From contig JAQFVV010000002.1 in the NCBI GenBank assembly GCA_028023455.1, forward strand, positions 29,140,001 to 29,204,000: 64,000 nucleotides of DNA, in the 5' to 3' direction. Every line of letters begins with the position of its first letter. Position 1 is the first letter of the stretch. Below are positions 22,120-35,289 of the stretch, piece after piece. The notes under the pieces are model-generated. The model worked only from the letters and a program-made list of their open reading frames with translations. It ran no database searches and was not told the DNA's origin. The position numbers were made by a program, and so were the translations under genes. The DNA is from Epiperipatus broadwayi. Lineage: Eukaryota > Animalia > Onychophora.

Positions 22120-24228
22120 TATAACGATCGAAATGAAAGTGAAGATCGAATCTAACCGCAAAAACAATATCTGCACTACAAGGGCGCCATCTAGGCATTT
22201 GAGCCTAGAAAAATTTATAAAGTAGGCAGATACGCGCTGTTAAGATTCCACTTTATTTAAATATTCCGATCGTTAGCCCAAGTCACTAGCTCAGTGGAGT
22301 AGCAGAGATAATAAAATATAAATTTTATATCTTAAATATAAAAGAATAAAAGCCACTGCCAGAAATTAACACATAAAAAAATATTTATTTACGCATATAT
22401 AAAATAATATTTAAATTTTGAGGAATAAATTTAACGTTTATAATTTTATATTGATCTTTAATTTACATTTAAAAAGATTTCAATAAGTTTAATTTTTATT
22501 TAGATAGTCAAGTATGAATAGACTACATAGATCTGCATTTAAAAAAAAAAAATATTCTTCCCTGATTTAACCTTAGGCAACAAATTTCGCAATCAACTGG
22601 CGCCAATCCATCTGATATATTCATGTATTCAATGTAGCATGATACGACAACACAAAATACTATACTGCCAGGAAAGTACATCTGAACAGTAAGTAGAATT
22701 AGAGAAGATATTGACTCTCCACCAACAGGAATGTGACATCTGTTGGCAAGTAGAACAATTAACAAAAAACTCCATAGGAATGGACTGCGGTCTTCTGCCG
22801 ACTTACAAACCCATCCATAGGCAAACAGAGGGTGTGTGGCGTATATCTATAATCCTGCCCGTAGCGGACCTCATACTACATCTACTAATTACACAAATAT
22901 ATCCAATCCATTGAACCAATTCAACTACGAAATGAATAACCTAAGATTACCCTCCCTTAATACAACTTTACAAAACTATATAGCCATTCACGCCCGACTT
23001 AATTTTAACATTTAAATACGTTCGCACAGATTTGTTTAAAAATGTTGGGTATAGATCGATTACATAGATTCCACGGTCAAAAACATTTCAAAATAAACAT
23101 AAACGATCAAAATACAAAATTATTGATACCGACAATCGCAGAGGGAAACTTATAAGTAACCCAATAGTATTCACCATAAGATACTTGCGTTGTCACCAAT
23201 AACTTAAAAGACATCCGAATAAATACATTTTAGATACTCACCGTAAGGTATCATTATTTATCGAATGTCTATATATTTTGATCAAATATGAAAACCAAAA
23301 TATAATTAACCGCAAACGAATCCATGCAAGCGTCTATAAACAACTTAAATTTCATACATTTAAATAATCTTTACAATAAGGAAAAAAAATGGAAATGATG
23401 TTTATCAATCGGGAAACATATAAAATTAAACATTATTAATTTGATTTAAAAACTTACAAAAGTCAGATAAGAGTCCGTTTTTAACATTTAAGTTGGCTTG
23501 TTTATGAATTTATAAAACTTGACGAAAGTTCGTAATTGATTTTAATAATTGTTAATTTCATATAGCTTATGGTATAAGAGTCCAGGCCTCTGCTTTCAAT
23601 TCCCGCGACGCCTCCGTTGGAAGGTAATGTTCTGGAGATGGCAATAGCTGGTTCAAGGTATCACAGTCTTTTCATTTTTTTTTATTTTTATAGAGAGTGT
23701 GGTATGTGCGTCATACCACATCTCTCAAACACCCAACGCTGGAACTGTCCGAAAAAACTGTATTTCCCTTTTTATATTATCCACAAGGATTCAATGAACA
23801 AAACGTCACCAATCCATCACTTTCGTTATGGTCCGGGCCTTTATTTGGCTTCCATTGGTCAAGCTAAAATCCCTTTCTTCTCTTATCTAACTTTCCATCT
23901 GACTTTTTAATTAAACAGCTTTTAGATAATCAATAAACAATCATTTCCATTTATAGATTACAGGAATTAATTAATACCTGTTTTTATTTTAACTTACGTT
24001 ATTATTTTTTCATTAAAATATTTTTATAAATCTTTTTTTATAAAAAATACATTCAAATACCTCTTTTTTATTTATTAAAAAAAAATATTTTTAAAGTTTA
24101 GCATCTGTGCGAATGTATATACGTATAACAAACATTTTTAATTTTAGCGTTTAGTTTTTTACTTTTATTTGCGAACTTCTAAGTTTTTATTTTAAATTAA
24201 TGTAACGACATATTTATATATCGTTACA
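22120..24228. mobile_element. Unclassified ~2.1-kb element, subfamily B copy 2
   Basis: AT|TATAACGA...TCGTTACA|AT; near-identical to 19377-21499, but the flanks are not duplicated. Confidence 0.8.
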
Positions 24229-24454
24229 ATATATATAACTATCAGGGTTCACAATAATATTACTATGCAATCTTATAGCACTTGAAAGTGAACTGCAGTT
24301 GTGATAATCTAAATCAAAGATTGTTATCAAATGACAGTCTGGCAATAAGGGCTCTAATGATTGTTTGTCCTGATTGTAAATATCTATTTAAAATGTACAT
24401 ACCTTCCACACATATTTTTACTGCCTTCAAAAAAATTAAACTGATATTTTAGTT

Positions 24455-25280
24455 CAGGGATGCCCAACCCGTAGCTCGCGAGTCACATGTGGCTCGCGTA
24501 ACTGTTTAATGTGGCTCGAATTGCACTCTTCAAAAAAGTAAACATTTTTACAATACAAACAATAACGATATGCAGTGTCAGGTTTCACATTAAATAAAAT
24601 ATATTTTTCCTGTAATTGTAATTTACATGTATGTTACCAAATTTTTAATAAATAAAATGTATTTACATTTTTTTTTCTTTTTAACATATTACACCTTTTT
24701 TTTTTTTGCTGTACACGTTTGGTTTGGTGCTATATATATATTGTGTTTAGTGCTCTTGTATATATTGTTGTTTTTATCGAGAAAGATCCTTGTAGACGTT
24801 TGGTTTGGTGCTGTATATATATTGTGTTTAGTGCTGGAAATAGTTTTTATCGAGATAGATCCATGTACACATATATATTTTGCTGTATATATCGATGTTT
24901 AATGCTGTAAACAGTTGTTTTTATCCGTGTACACGTATATATTTTGCTGTATATATATATATATATTGATGTTTAGTGCTGTAAATAGTTGTTTTTATCG
25001 AGATAGATTCGTGTACACATATATATTTTGCTGTATATATTGATGTTTTCATCGAGAAAGATCCGTGTACACGTTATTTTGGCCACATTAGAAACGGCGG
25101 ATTGATACCAATGTGAATAGGCCGTCCCCCCCCCCCCACCTATCTCCCTACATTGCAGGTTTAGTACCCAAGTACCATGTTTATAAATGTAATATGAAAA
25201 ATGTAATATATAATTGTGGCTCCCCAAATTTTTTTAAATTCTCAACTGGCTCGCGTCAAGTTAAAGGTTGGGCACCACTG
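24455..25280. mobile_element. hAT (Charlie-like) MITE with perfect 8-bp TSD
   Basis: TIRs CAGGGATGCCCAACC / GGTTGGGCACCACTG; TSD TTTTAGTT at 24447-24454 and 25281-25288, with the central TA typical of Charlie-type targets; subterminal tggctcgcg repeats. Confidence 0.9.
24700..25075. repeat. Minisatellite array inside the hAT MITE
   Basis: Recurring units gtgtacac.tatatattttgctgtatatat..gatgttt, ttttatcgaga.agatcc and gtttggtttggtgct.tatatat.ttgtgtttagtgct. Confidence 0.8.
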
Positions 25281-25779
25281 TTTTAGTTAAAAACTATCCA
25301 TACCAGTCTAACAAAGCATCATGAATGCTTGCTTTTGATATTAAATTTTGAGGAAAGAAACCAACATTTTCTTTACACTGGCTAGTGCATGATGGGGAAA
25401 CAACTCAGCCATATTCATTTACTCTATTAATAATAACATGAAAATAACAAGAGTGTATGGAGTGGACCTTAGTAATTTTCTCTGTTCAATTACGTTTTGA
25501 CATCAGTTAGTAATCAAAAAATCTTTCAGATCAAAATGATTTTTGTAGCCAAATATATTTATTGTATATAAAAATGTACTTAAAGAACTTGATTTGACAA
25601 AATAAATAACTGATAAATAACATTGCATTCAAATCAACCAAAGATACAAGCCAGAATAAAAAATTCTTTTTAACACAGTAAATCATAAGCATGTATTCAA
25701 AAAATTCATTGAAAAAATAATGAATATGAGTTGCCATTGTGGTTTTGAATTACAAATAAGCATTTGACTCTATAACTAT

Positions 25780-27360
25780 TATCGAAGGGATTGAAACTTT
25801 GAGCCAACAAGATAGAGACTTTAAATATTGCTGTATTAAATTACATGGTCACATCAAAAAATTGATTGAAAGATAGATATATGAGAGGTTGATGACACAT
25901 CTCCAAAACTAGTTAAAGCAGTTTTATAACAATTGAAGAATTATCTTATATTGAATAGGACATTGTTTAATATTGTGATGTTAGAACAAAAGATAAAGGC
26001 ACAATCGATTTAAAAGCGGACATATACTTTACAACCAAGATATTAACATATGTGTGGGATTCACTATAAATAAAAATATGGAAGAAATTATTATACAGAA
26101 TGAAGGTATATCAGATGGAATGGCTAACTTAATTATCCAAATTAATGGATAATACTAAATGGAGATATTTCATATTTATGCATCAACAATTTCTTATTGT
26201 GATGACGAAGTAGAGGATTTTTATAGGACTTATAAAAATGCCTTTGATGAGATCAAACAATTATTTTAATTTATCATGGGGAGTTTAATGCTAAATAATT
26301 GAAAGATGAAACTATTGTGAGTAGAAATTATGATGATAGAAATGAAAAAGGACACAAGATCAGTGAATTAGCAGAAAATAAAAACTGTACATTATGAATT
26401 CTTTTTTTTTAGTGAAATAGATAATGAAAGTGGTCATGGAAGCATTCAAATAAAGGCTCACTAGAGTTGGGTTATAATTAGACTTACAGAAATTATGTAT
26501 ATCAAGATTGTAATATCAATACATTTAACAGAGGATGTATTTTAGCGAATAGTATTATTAAGATCCAGATTAATGCAAAATTAGAAAGACAAAAGTTCTT
26601 AAAATTTGTGTAGTAAAAAATGAAATGGAAAAAGGTATCTCTTACAATTACTACATCATCTGAATTGTCAAATATTTTAATTGCAGAGGTAAGACATGCA
26701 ATTAAAGCTTTGAAAAGGTAAAAAGTTCCAGAAATTTATAGAATTAATTATAATGCTTGAAATGAAGCAGGTGAAGAAATAGAAAAATGTTGACAAAGCC
26801 ATATACCAAATCTCTAAATGATGGAGATATAACAAGTGATGAGTAATTGTAATCTTTTATCATTAAACTTTATATTCTAGCCAACCTCAAGTAGGAGCTG
26901 GATGGATTTATTCCACTTAATTGCAAACAAGTATTATAAGATGTAATAGAAAGAATAAATAAATATAAGTTGACATTATCCTTAGACGTTATAGATGATG
27001 AAATAATATTTGATTACATTTTCACAGTAATTAAGGCTTTGGATCATCAAGATATAGATTTGGGATAATGTCATATTCTGAAGAATATTAAAATAAAAGA
27101 GTCATAATTATATTATATAAGAATACTACGAAAATTAACATTGACAGGTGACTCCATTTCTGCAAAACTATTTAACGCACTTTTTGATGAAGTATTTTGT
27201 GACTTAAAGTAGAAAGGTGTGAGAGTAAAAAAATGGACAATTTTAAAGTCGTCTACATTTTGTAACTGAAGTGATTGATTTTGTAAATAATGATTCAAAT
27301 CTTCAAGCATTTTTGCATGAGATGAAATGAGGAAAGTAGGATTAAAGAAAAATTATAGGA
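25780..27360 (+). pseudogene. Decayed RTE-type LINE (APE endonuclease plus part of RT)
   Basis: Endonuclease remnants (VGF.INK...ISD...L; IYA.T....D.EVE.FY) at 26050-26240; RT remnants (VIKALDHQ.I; GDSISAKLF..L) at 27030-27310; many stops. Confidence 0.7.
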
Positions 27361-27419
27361 AAACTAAAGTAATGTTTAACCAAGTTTCTCAAAAGAAGAT
27401 TTTGGGAAATTCATAATGA

Positions 27420-27610
27420 AGTGAAAGTATTTTTAGAAATGAGTCTAAAGAACAAATTGACAATGAAAACAAATCACATGACATTGATGTCATGGAATAC
27501 TTAAATGAATTGAATGTGATTTTAAGGAATGAAATCTACATATCACACCTATATAGAACTGCATTTAATTAAATCCTGGAATTTGCAAAAGACAGTTTAT
27601 GAATTGCGAT
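27420..27610 (+). pseudogene. Possible small hAT transposase fragment
   Basis: FLE...EQIDNE...IDVMEYLNELN..L resembles the hAT LAF..DI..HLN.LN..LQG segment. Confidence 0.35.
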
Positions 27611-28329
27611 TTAGTTTACTTTGTAACTTGTAAAAATAATCAAAAATTATATTACCATTGCATATTTCTTAACATGTTTTTGTGAAAATTAATATATATG
27701 TTTTTGCCTTGATATATAATGAATTTTGTATAACATTACTATTTACACCAACATAGTAACTTTTCTGTCTTGGCCAATAACCTTGCATATTGCAAAAAGT
27801 TCATTAAAGTTTTGGATGTATTTTAAATATTGAAATGATAAAATAAATTCTGTAAGGAGGATAAACAATAATCAAAAACTACATGCAATAACGATCAGAT
27901 ATTAAATTTGGGTGGCTGCAACTTATTGAACATTTATCTCAAACTGCTTTTAGGCAAAAAACTTAATTCACAGGAAGATAACATTTAGGATGTTTAATCA
28001 AAAATGTTTCACTAAATGAATATGAAACTTCGATAATAAAATACAAGATTTGGTTATAAGTGAAAGATGACTGAGACGTTACAAATATATAAAGCAACCA
28101 ATAGTTATAAAAACAGTAACAAATAATATAAAACATGATATACATAGAGAGATGAGAATAAACTACCATGGAAAGTGATAAGGAATGCCCACAGAAAAAT
28201 AAAAATAGGAAGACCCAAGTATGCAAAACATAAATAAGGCTGAAACATATAGAAATGCCAATAAGATGATTGACAATTGAAATTCAGGCAATAGCACAAG
28301 ATATTGAAACAGAAATGATGATGTTTACA

Positions 28330-29280
28330 CCAATAAATTACATTTGTCTTAGGAATGGGTAATTTTGTCTAAAATGAGATTATTGTGAAAATAAATTGTG
28401 TGTAATAAATATTTAGAAGTATTGGAAATGTAGTGGACTATTGATTGGTGATGATGAATGATCATTAAGATATATCCTCTGAAATATAACATTAGTTTAT
28501 TAAATACGTTGTATTTGTTTTTAAAAATTGTGTACCTTAGCAATTGCTGTCAGATGGCATCCAGCTGAAATATAGGTACAATAATACTGTTAAGTGTCCA
28601 TGAATAAACACTTACAAAACAGATTTTGCATTTTATTATTGTCTATAAATTTTTTTCATTCATAAATTTTATTTATCAATAACATATTCAATCATTAGTG
28701 ATCCATTACAGAATTAAGGTCTTTCTATGTTTATTCCAGATTTTCAACTCCATAGCTTCTTTTGTCATCTCACTAACAAATTTTCTTATATAGTTTTTAA
28801 AATCGATTTGAATAGTTTGAGATTGCAATTGTTCATATTAGAATAATATGTATGGATGTTGGGGGGGGGGGTGTATAGGGTAATGGAAATTATCATCATC
28901 AAAAGCATCTGAAAAAAGTCATTAATAAAATGCATTACTGACCAGAAAAATAATCACGGATTCAGAATTGGAAGTATAATAAGTAATATCTTATAGTAAC
29001 AAATATAGTATCACCAGAAATAGTCTCCAATATTCAAGAATCAACATTTGTGATTGGATTTAAAAGAAGTCCACTATGAAATCATAGGAGAAAATGACTA
29101 TAAAAGTAATTTTACTTCAAAAATGCTGCTAGCATTTAATCAATTCTGGTCATCATAAGTGCACTGCCCCCTCTGGTAACTTGAAAGTATTGTCAAAATA
29201 ACCTAGTAACCATTGTATAACTTATAAATTATAATGGAGTATGTGGGCTTTGCACATGACTTTAATGACCTTAGAATCAT
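28330..29280 (-). pseudogene. Possible ISL2EU/Harbinger-type (DDE_Tnp_4) transposase relic
   Basis: Weak, frameshifted WTSFKSNHKC.FL..ETISGDTIFVT and TAIAKVH..KQIQRI readings. Confidence 0.25.
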
Positions 29281-29611
29281 CCAAAACAATTTCACAAGAA
29301 TCTTCTTTCTGTCCACACACATGTACTTACACATACACATATCTATAAATCTTATAGAGTAAGCTTTGTATCTACCTCAAAGTTTGTGATGATAGTGTAT
29401 TAGATGTGACAATATGTTGTACTATTTTCATTATCTATCATTAAATGGGAATACATAGAAAATTTTAAACTTTATTTAAACTTTTCAAATACAAACAACA
29501 TGTTAGTAATGACACACAAATAGACAACACAGGTTAGTAATTATACAACTTTTGTGTAGTAGTTTTCTCCACTCTTCTTCAAGTGTTGTTAGCCTGGTCG
29601 GTGACAATATT

Positions 29612-29690
29612 AGCATAGGAGTCGAACTTACATCTTTAGATTCTTGAATACAGAATTTTAAGGCAATGCTCTAACCAATAGACCAATTTT
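29612..29690 (-). repeat. tRNA-derived (SINE-like) sequence
   Basis: Minus strand: A-box-like TGGTCTATTGGTTAGAGC and B-box-like AGTTCGACTCC; the cloverleaf is not intact. Confidence 0.45.
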
Positions 29691-29809
29691 GTCAAAGGCA
29701 GAAGATAGCAGAAAATTCATATATTTATATACGAGGGTTGGTTCAAATCCTCCTGAGTCTTTCAATTATTTTTAATATTTTTTTCTAAGAGCAAAATTAA
29801 TTAGAGGCT

Positions 29810-30160
29810 TCCATACATTGTGTATTGCCACACTGGGTTGACTTATACAATTATTAGCCATTGTCATAAGAGCAGGTTCATAGAATATTCTTTTTTGCAC
29901 CTTATCCTCCCTATCCAATATTTTTGTATCTTCACAATTGAACATATGTTCATTATTACATGCATGATCGGCTACTGTTTTTTAATCATAATTTTGTGTT
30001 CTTTCAATCACTGTTCAACACCACTACAGGTCTCACCAATAAACTTCCTACCACATTTACATGGTATTTTATAGATGCAGTTTATGTTCTTCAGCATTTC
30101 CAGTTTAGGTTTGGTAGAAGTTAACATTTCTCAAAGTGTGGTATAGCTTTGGAAAGCACT
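29810..30160 (-). pseudogene. Penelope-like element GIY-YIG endonuclease fragment
   Basis: TKPKLEMLKNINCIYKIPCKCGRKFIGETCSGVEQ*LKEH...VADHACNNEHMFNCEDTKILDRE...KRIFYE. Confidence 0.85.
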
Positions 30161-30789
30161 TCTAATGTTTTATTGACTGCATATTTTTTTTAATTTATCT
30201 GCCATTCCTAGTATGTATGGATAGGCTAAAAGTATGGAGTATATTACTACTTGAAGCATTGTGTAATTACTAGCCTGTGTTTTTTATTTGTGTGTTATTA
30301 TTTGAAAAGTTGAAATAAAGTTTAAATTTTTCTATACATTCAATGTTTAATGATAGATGGTGTAAATCATCTATCACCCACTGTGATAATTTGCAAAACA
30401 GATAACTAGATGAATAAAACAGTAAAAAAAAAATTAGAAATTATTATCATTATTTATTTTAAAAAAATTGTCTAACAAAAAAATGTAGAAAATGATAATG
30501 TAACAAACCCAATGTTAATACATATTGATCTATTATATCCATTAAATACACACATAATTCCATATTTATTGTTGTCTGATTCTTCTTAATTAATTAACAT
30601 TTAATCCAAATAAGCTATTCCCTGATAATAATCAAATTCTAAAAATAGTTCCAATAAAGAAGAAAAACAGTTTTAACTTGAATCTTCCTCCTCCCTTTTT
30701 TTGAAATAAGGATGTCCCCATACAATTTTAAAGAAGTAAATTCGTCTTCCTATATTTACTAAATCAATTCAATATTTTTAACTATTAAT

Positions 30790-31760
30790 TTCTTTATAAA
30801 GAAACATGTACAGATGATGTGAAGAATGCTGAAGTAATATTCCTATTTACGAAAGGCAATAAGAAAGATATTAGAAATTACAGACCTATCATTCTATCAG
30901 TTTTATACAAAATCTTTACTAAAATTATTACAATTTTTCCACAGTGAACATTGAATTCGGAGGAACCTAAAGAATAAGCTGGTTTACATTAGTTTATCAC
31001 AATGGATACCGTTGAAAATATTAGAAGTTACAGAAAGAATTAAGTAATTAGTTGGCATTGTGTTTTGGAGTTATAGATTTTGAAATGACATTTGACTTGG
31101 TAAGTGTTTTGACAGTAATTAAAGCTTTGGATCATCAAGAAATAGCTTTTGGATGATGTCATCTAATGAAAAATATTTATCAAAATGCAACATCCGTGCT
31201 TATATTACAGTGTCATTAAAAAAATTAACATAGACAAAAGCATATGATAGAATGACTCCATTTCTCCAAAACTTTTATAAGCATTTTTCCAATAAATATT
31301 TTGTGAATTAAAATGGGCGAATAAGAGAGCAAAAATAAATGGACATTTTAATGTCATCTCTATAGATTATGTAAATGATGTGGATGATTTTATAAATAAT
31401 GATTTGGAGTTTCAAAAAATGTTGCACGAGTTATCAGATAAAATTAAGAAAATACGATTAAAGACTAATGCTAAGAAGTAGTTTGTTTTGAAAAAAAAAA
31501 AAAAAAAAGGCTAATATTAAGTAATGTTCATGTTTGTTTTCTCAGAAGAAAAGAAAATTTTAAATTCCTTGATAAAGAAGTTAATAATTATAAATATCTT
31601 GATCCCATGATTAATCCAGATGAAAAACTAATGGATGAAATTAAAAATATAACGAAACTTAAATGAATTACTTTTGGTAAAAGTAATGATAATGTTTTGG
31701 CCCCATTCTATGAATTTTTCATATCAGGGCAATCCCTAATTTTACTGAAAATAGGAGTAT
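30790..31760 (+). pseudogene. Decayed RTE-type LINE reverse transcriptase
   Basis: NAEVIFLFTKGNKKDIRNYRPI.LSVLYKIFTKII; IDFE.TFD.V; KNIYQNATS; DSISPKL; INGH; many frameshifts. Confidence 0.85.
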
Positions 31761-33729
31761 GAATTTTTTGATATTAAGTTTCTAAAAAAATAAAGATACT
31801 TAATGTGTCTGAGATATTCTTTTTTGGAAAAATTAAATTAGTGTTTTATGGATTTTTATCAAATTAATAGTACAATTGACAGTTAGTATAGAATTTTAAT
31901 AATTTTAATAAATTAATAGTTGACTGAAATTTGAAATACTTAAACCAACTAGTAGATTGTTTTCATTAAACAAGATATGTAATTTCAACAAAATAATTGA
32001 TTTGTTTTTTAAAAAAATAGAAAAGGCTACATTTCACCCCAAAAAATGAACATTTTCATTTACAGCACTAAGGAGCATAAATGTCCCAAAAAAGGCTAGA
32101 AAAAGATCTGAATTCCTGCTGTTTTGCTGTTACAATTTCCCCGCTCAAAAACTCCAGATGGGATTGTAATATTTTTATGGGAATGATCCATTCATTTAGT
32201 GGAAATATAGAAGGGAGAATGCTGTTGGAAGTGAGTCAATGCATTTTTGCATTTGAGGTATACATAGATAGTAGAAACACCTCCAGATTCCTACTAAAAT
32301 CACTGAATAATACACCAAACGTTTTCTAACAATTATGATTTTTTCCCACAAATAAGGTGATATATGGGTTTAAGTTTCCAAAAAAAATGCGAAGAAAATG
32401 TTATGGCAGAACACGCTATGTCGTTGACCGCTATTTGCATATCAATGACATTCGGTGATAACTAGAAAAATGCAACTGTTTTTCACTCATATTTATGGAT
32501 TTTATGATTACTTTATATTGACTAATAATGTGGCTAGATTTAGATTTTTATTTAAAATATTTAATTTTAGAGGAAGGAAAGACAATGGAAGTGAATGCTC
32601 AGCGACTGTAATTTCTAAAACACGTCATGTAATGACTGGGTGAAATATAATTCCTCTGTTTTACTGCAAACTATTTTTCATATGTTTTTCTTCAGTTATT
32701 AACATTATTTTAAATATTTCATTACATTTAACCAATTTGAATGGAAAATAATTCTATGTTTAGAAACTAAATTGAAATAATTCTAATTATTTTACATTAA
32801 TATATTTCAGAAAGGAAACTGGCTAGATCCGTATTTAACGAATAAAATCGCTCAAATTTTTACTCAATCTGGCCAATAAGAAAATTCATTAGACAAAAGA
32901 TTAAATTACCTCAGCTTTCACTAGTATTATAATTTGACCATGTTGCTTTATAGAATATTTATCAAATTACAATTTTAAATTACCTATAATTAATTATTTC
33001 CTAGAGCTGGTTGTGGGTTTTAAAAATAATTCACAAAAAACAAAGAAAATTATTGTTTTAGAATTGCATTAAAATAAATTACAGGCAAATTTTATATATA
33101 TAAAGAAATTAAGCAGTCAACTTCAGAGACCTTGCAGTCGACTGTCTTGGCTGCCAATGGTATAGAAGGCAATTCCAAGCAGTCAGTAAACCATTGTTTT
33201 CACATTTGTTAGGATTTTGTAAAAACAATTCTTCCCTACTATTACTTGACCTTATTCATAAATTTAATATAATTTTCGCTATTTAATCGAATACATATTC
33301 TTTACTTCACTTTTCATACTAAGAGCAAATTGTCCAAGAAAAGAAATGCTGGATAAATATAAATGCTACTGTAAAAGATTTTGATTGTAATATCTTTAGT
33401 TCTCTAAATGATGAATCCAAAATTTATTAATTATTTCTTTAAGGGTGACAAAATATTTTTCTGGAGGAAGCACGATCATTATTTACAATTGGAATTATTT
33501 TTGGAGAAAACTTCAATCTGGAAATGTTTTAAACCCTTATTTTAATATGGTAACCGTTCCTTATTCTATTGATGTCAGAAAGTAAATGACTTGAGGTTTA
33601 TTAGGGCACATCCTTTCAAATTATTGAAAAAACAATTTAGGCACCTATATTAAAAATTTATGCTAATTTAGATGTATTTTAACAGTACTTACATACAATA
33701 TAACTTGGGCACGTAACAGAAGAAAATTC

Positions 33730-34065
33730 AAAGACATCACTCAACAAAGTATGAAGTGAAATATGTTGGAAGAAAGACGAAAAGGCTAAATTTAAAAAAA
33801 CATAAGTAAACCGTAAAGCAGTATCCTAACTTCATCGAAAGAATTAGAAGCTGGAATGGAACTGGAATGGACATGTTTCTAAAAGGAATGATAATAGAAG
33901 GACAGTTGATTGCAAGAGGTTATAAAAGTCCTAGATAGTAACCACATGGGAGATGGGTGGATGAAATAAGGAAGTTTGCTGGTGTATTGGGTAGATGACA
34001 GGCTCTAGTTGTGAGAAACTGGATTAAATTATGAGAGATCTTTCTGCAGTGAGACTTATGATGAT
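33730..34065 (+). mobile_element. RTE-type LINE 3' end fragment (possibly the displaced 3' end of the 30790-31760 copy)
   Basis: ctggaatggaactggaatggacatg...agatgggtggatgaaataaggaagtttgctgg...ttctgcagtgagacttatgatgat. Confidence 0.7.
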
Positions 34066-35029
34066 AATAAATCATTTGCTATGGCAGGATTTTAATTTCT
34101 TTTTAAATTCCGCCAGTAGTATTATGTATTTACGGAATTACTACTGACCATTGTATGAAGATGAAAGAAAAATGTTCAATTTTACAGCCTAAGAAAAATG
34201 TTCACATTTTAATTTTCAACCTAATATTCCAGCTTGTTACATATTTTAATTAGAGTATGCTTTTAAATAAAATTATTGGTTCAAAGAAATCTATTCTTTT
34301 TAAGTGAGCAAATAAAATAATTAAAATTGATTAAATTACTTACAGAAAATATAAAATTAAATTAGTATAAGTTGTTGTTTTTTAAGATCATTTTCTAATA
34401 TATGAGTTTGCACTGGAAAAATTGATTTGAAGATGTTTTTTTTCTTGTTTAAATTGCATTTTTATGAGAATGTTCTGTAGGAAATGGTCGCTTGTTTTTT
34501 GAAAATTGTAAAAAAGGACTACTATGCCTTCAATGAGTTTGAAACAGAAGTATCACAGGGTATTAAATTCAGTCTAAAACACTCTACGGGTGCTGCCGCA
34601 AAGAAAAATAAAGTCTCACAAACAAAATTTTAGTTTGAGGTAAAAAAAAAAAAAGACTAGGGGATTATGTACATTAAACATAACTCACATAAATTTGACA
34701 TTTATTTTATCAATTTACAAAAAAAAATACACAAATTTTATTGAATTACTATCAAATGTTAAAAAAAGTGAAGTTAAACAATTAACATTGTTTATTCCTT
34801 TCTTGATATCTTTTACAAGAAATTATTGTAGCAATACCAGTTATAAATTTTTTAAACAGTGATATTTTTAATATTGATGTTAAACACTCATTTCTTCATC
34901 TTCCTCTTTGTAAAGACTTATTTATTAATCTTCAAAAGGGAAATAATTGCTCAAGAAAGATGTTATCAGTTTTAAGAAAGTAATCAATCCGGATATGATA
35001 ATTATAATCCTGCTATATACAATCTGTAA

Positions 35030-35250
35030 CTACATTTTATCCACCAATAGCAGATGCTAATTCTGAGGAAGCTGTCCATATAACGCGAAGTATTATTATG
35101 TAGCTTTCGAAGGAGGTTATTTCTAAAAAATAATTTTGGTATAACCTTAGATAATTGAGGAAGTAAGTTAGGTTATGATCCAAAGTTATTCCTAAAAAGC
35201 ACTGGGTGATATTCAATTTCCTAAAACTATTTCATGGACACTTAACAGAA
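35030..35250 (-). pseudogene. Ingi/I-group LINE fragment
   Basis: Minus strand LGITLDHNLTY...RNNLLRKL; paralogous to 40060-40260. Confidence 0.5.
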
Positions 35251-35289
35251 GATCAAAATAGACTCTTTAGATCACTACACAAAATATAA

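Noticed and set aside
19748-23910. Duplicated track ORFs (92/80, 67 and 97 aa) in subfamily B copies
   Set aside because: They are identical only because the copies are near-identical. Alignment to subfamily A shows 1-bp indels and stops, and an A-tract length difference changes one C-terminus.
24700-25075. CRISPR-like repeat-spacer array
   Set aside because: The units are degenerate tandem repeats without unique spacers, inside a eukaryotic MITE, and there are no cas genes.
24240-25740. piggyBac-like transposase in the sequence interrupted by the hAT MITE
   Set aside because: No convincing DDD motifs or TTAA-flanked TIRs.
29729-29760. Mariner-like TIR start TACGAGGG
   Set aside because: No partner TIR or transposase found nearby.
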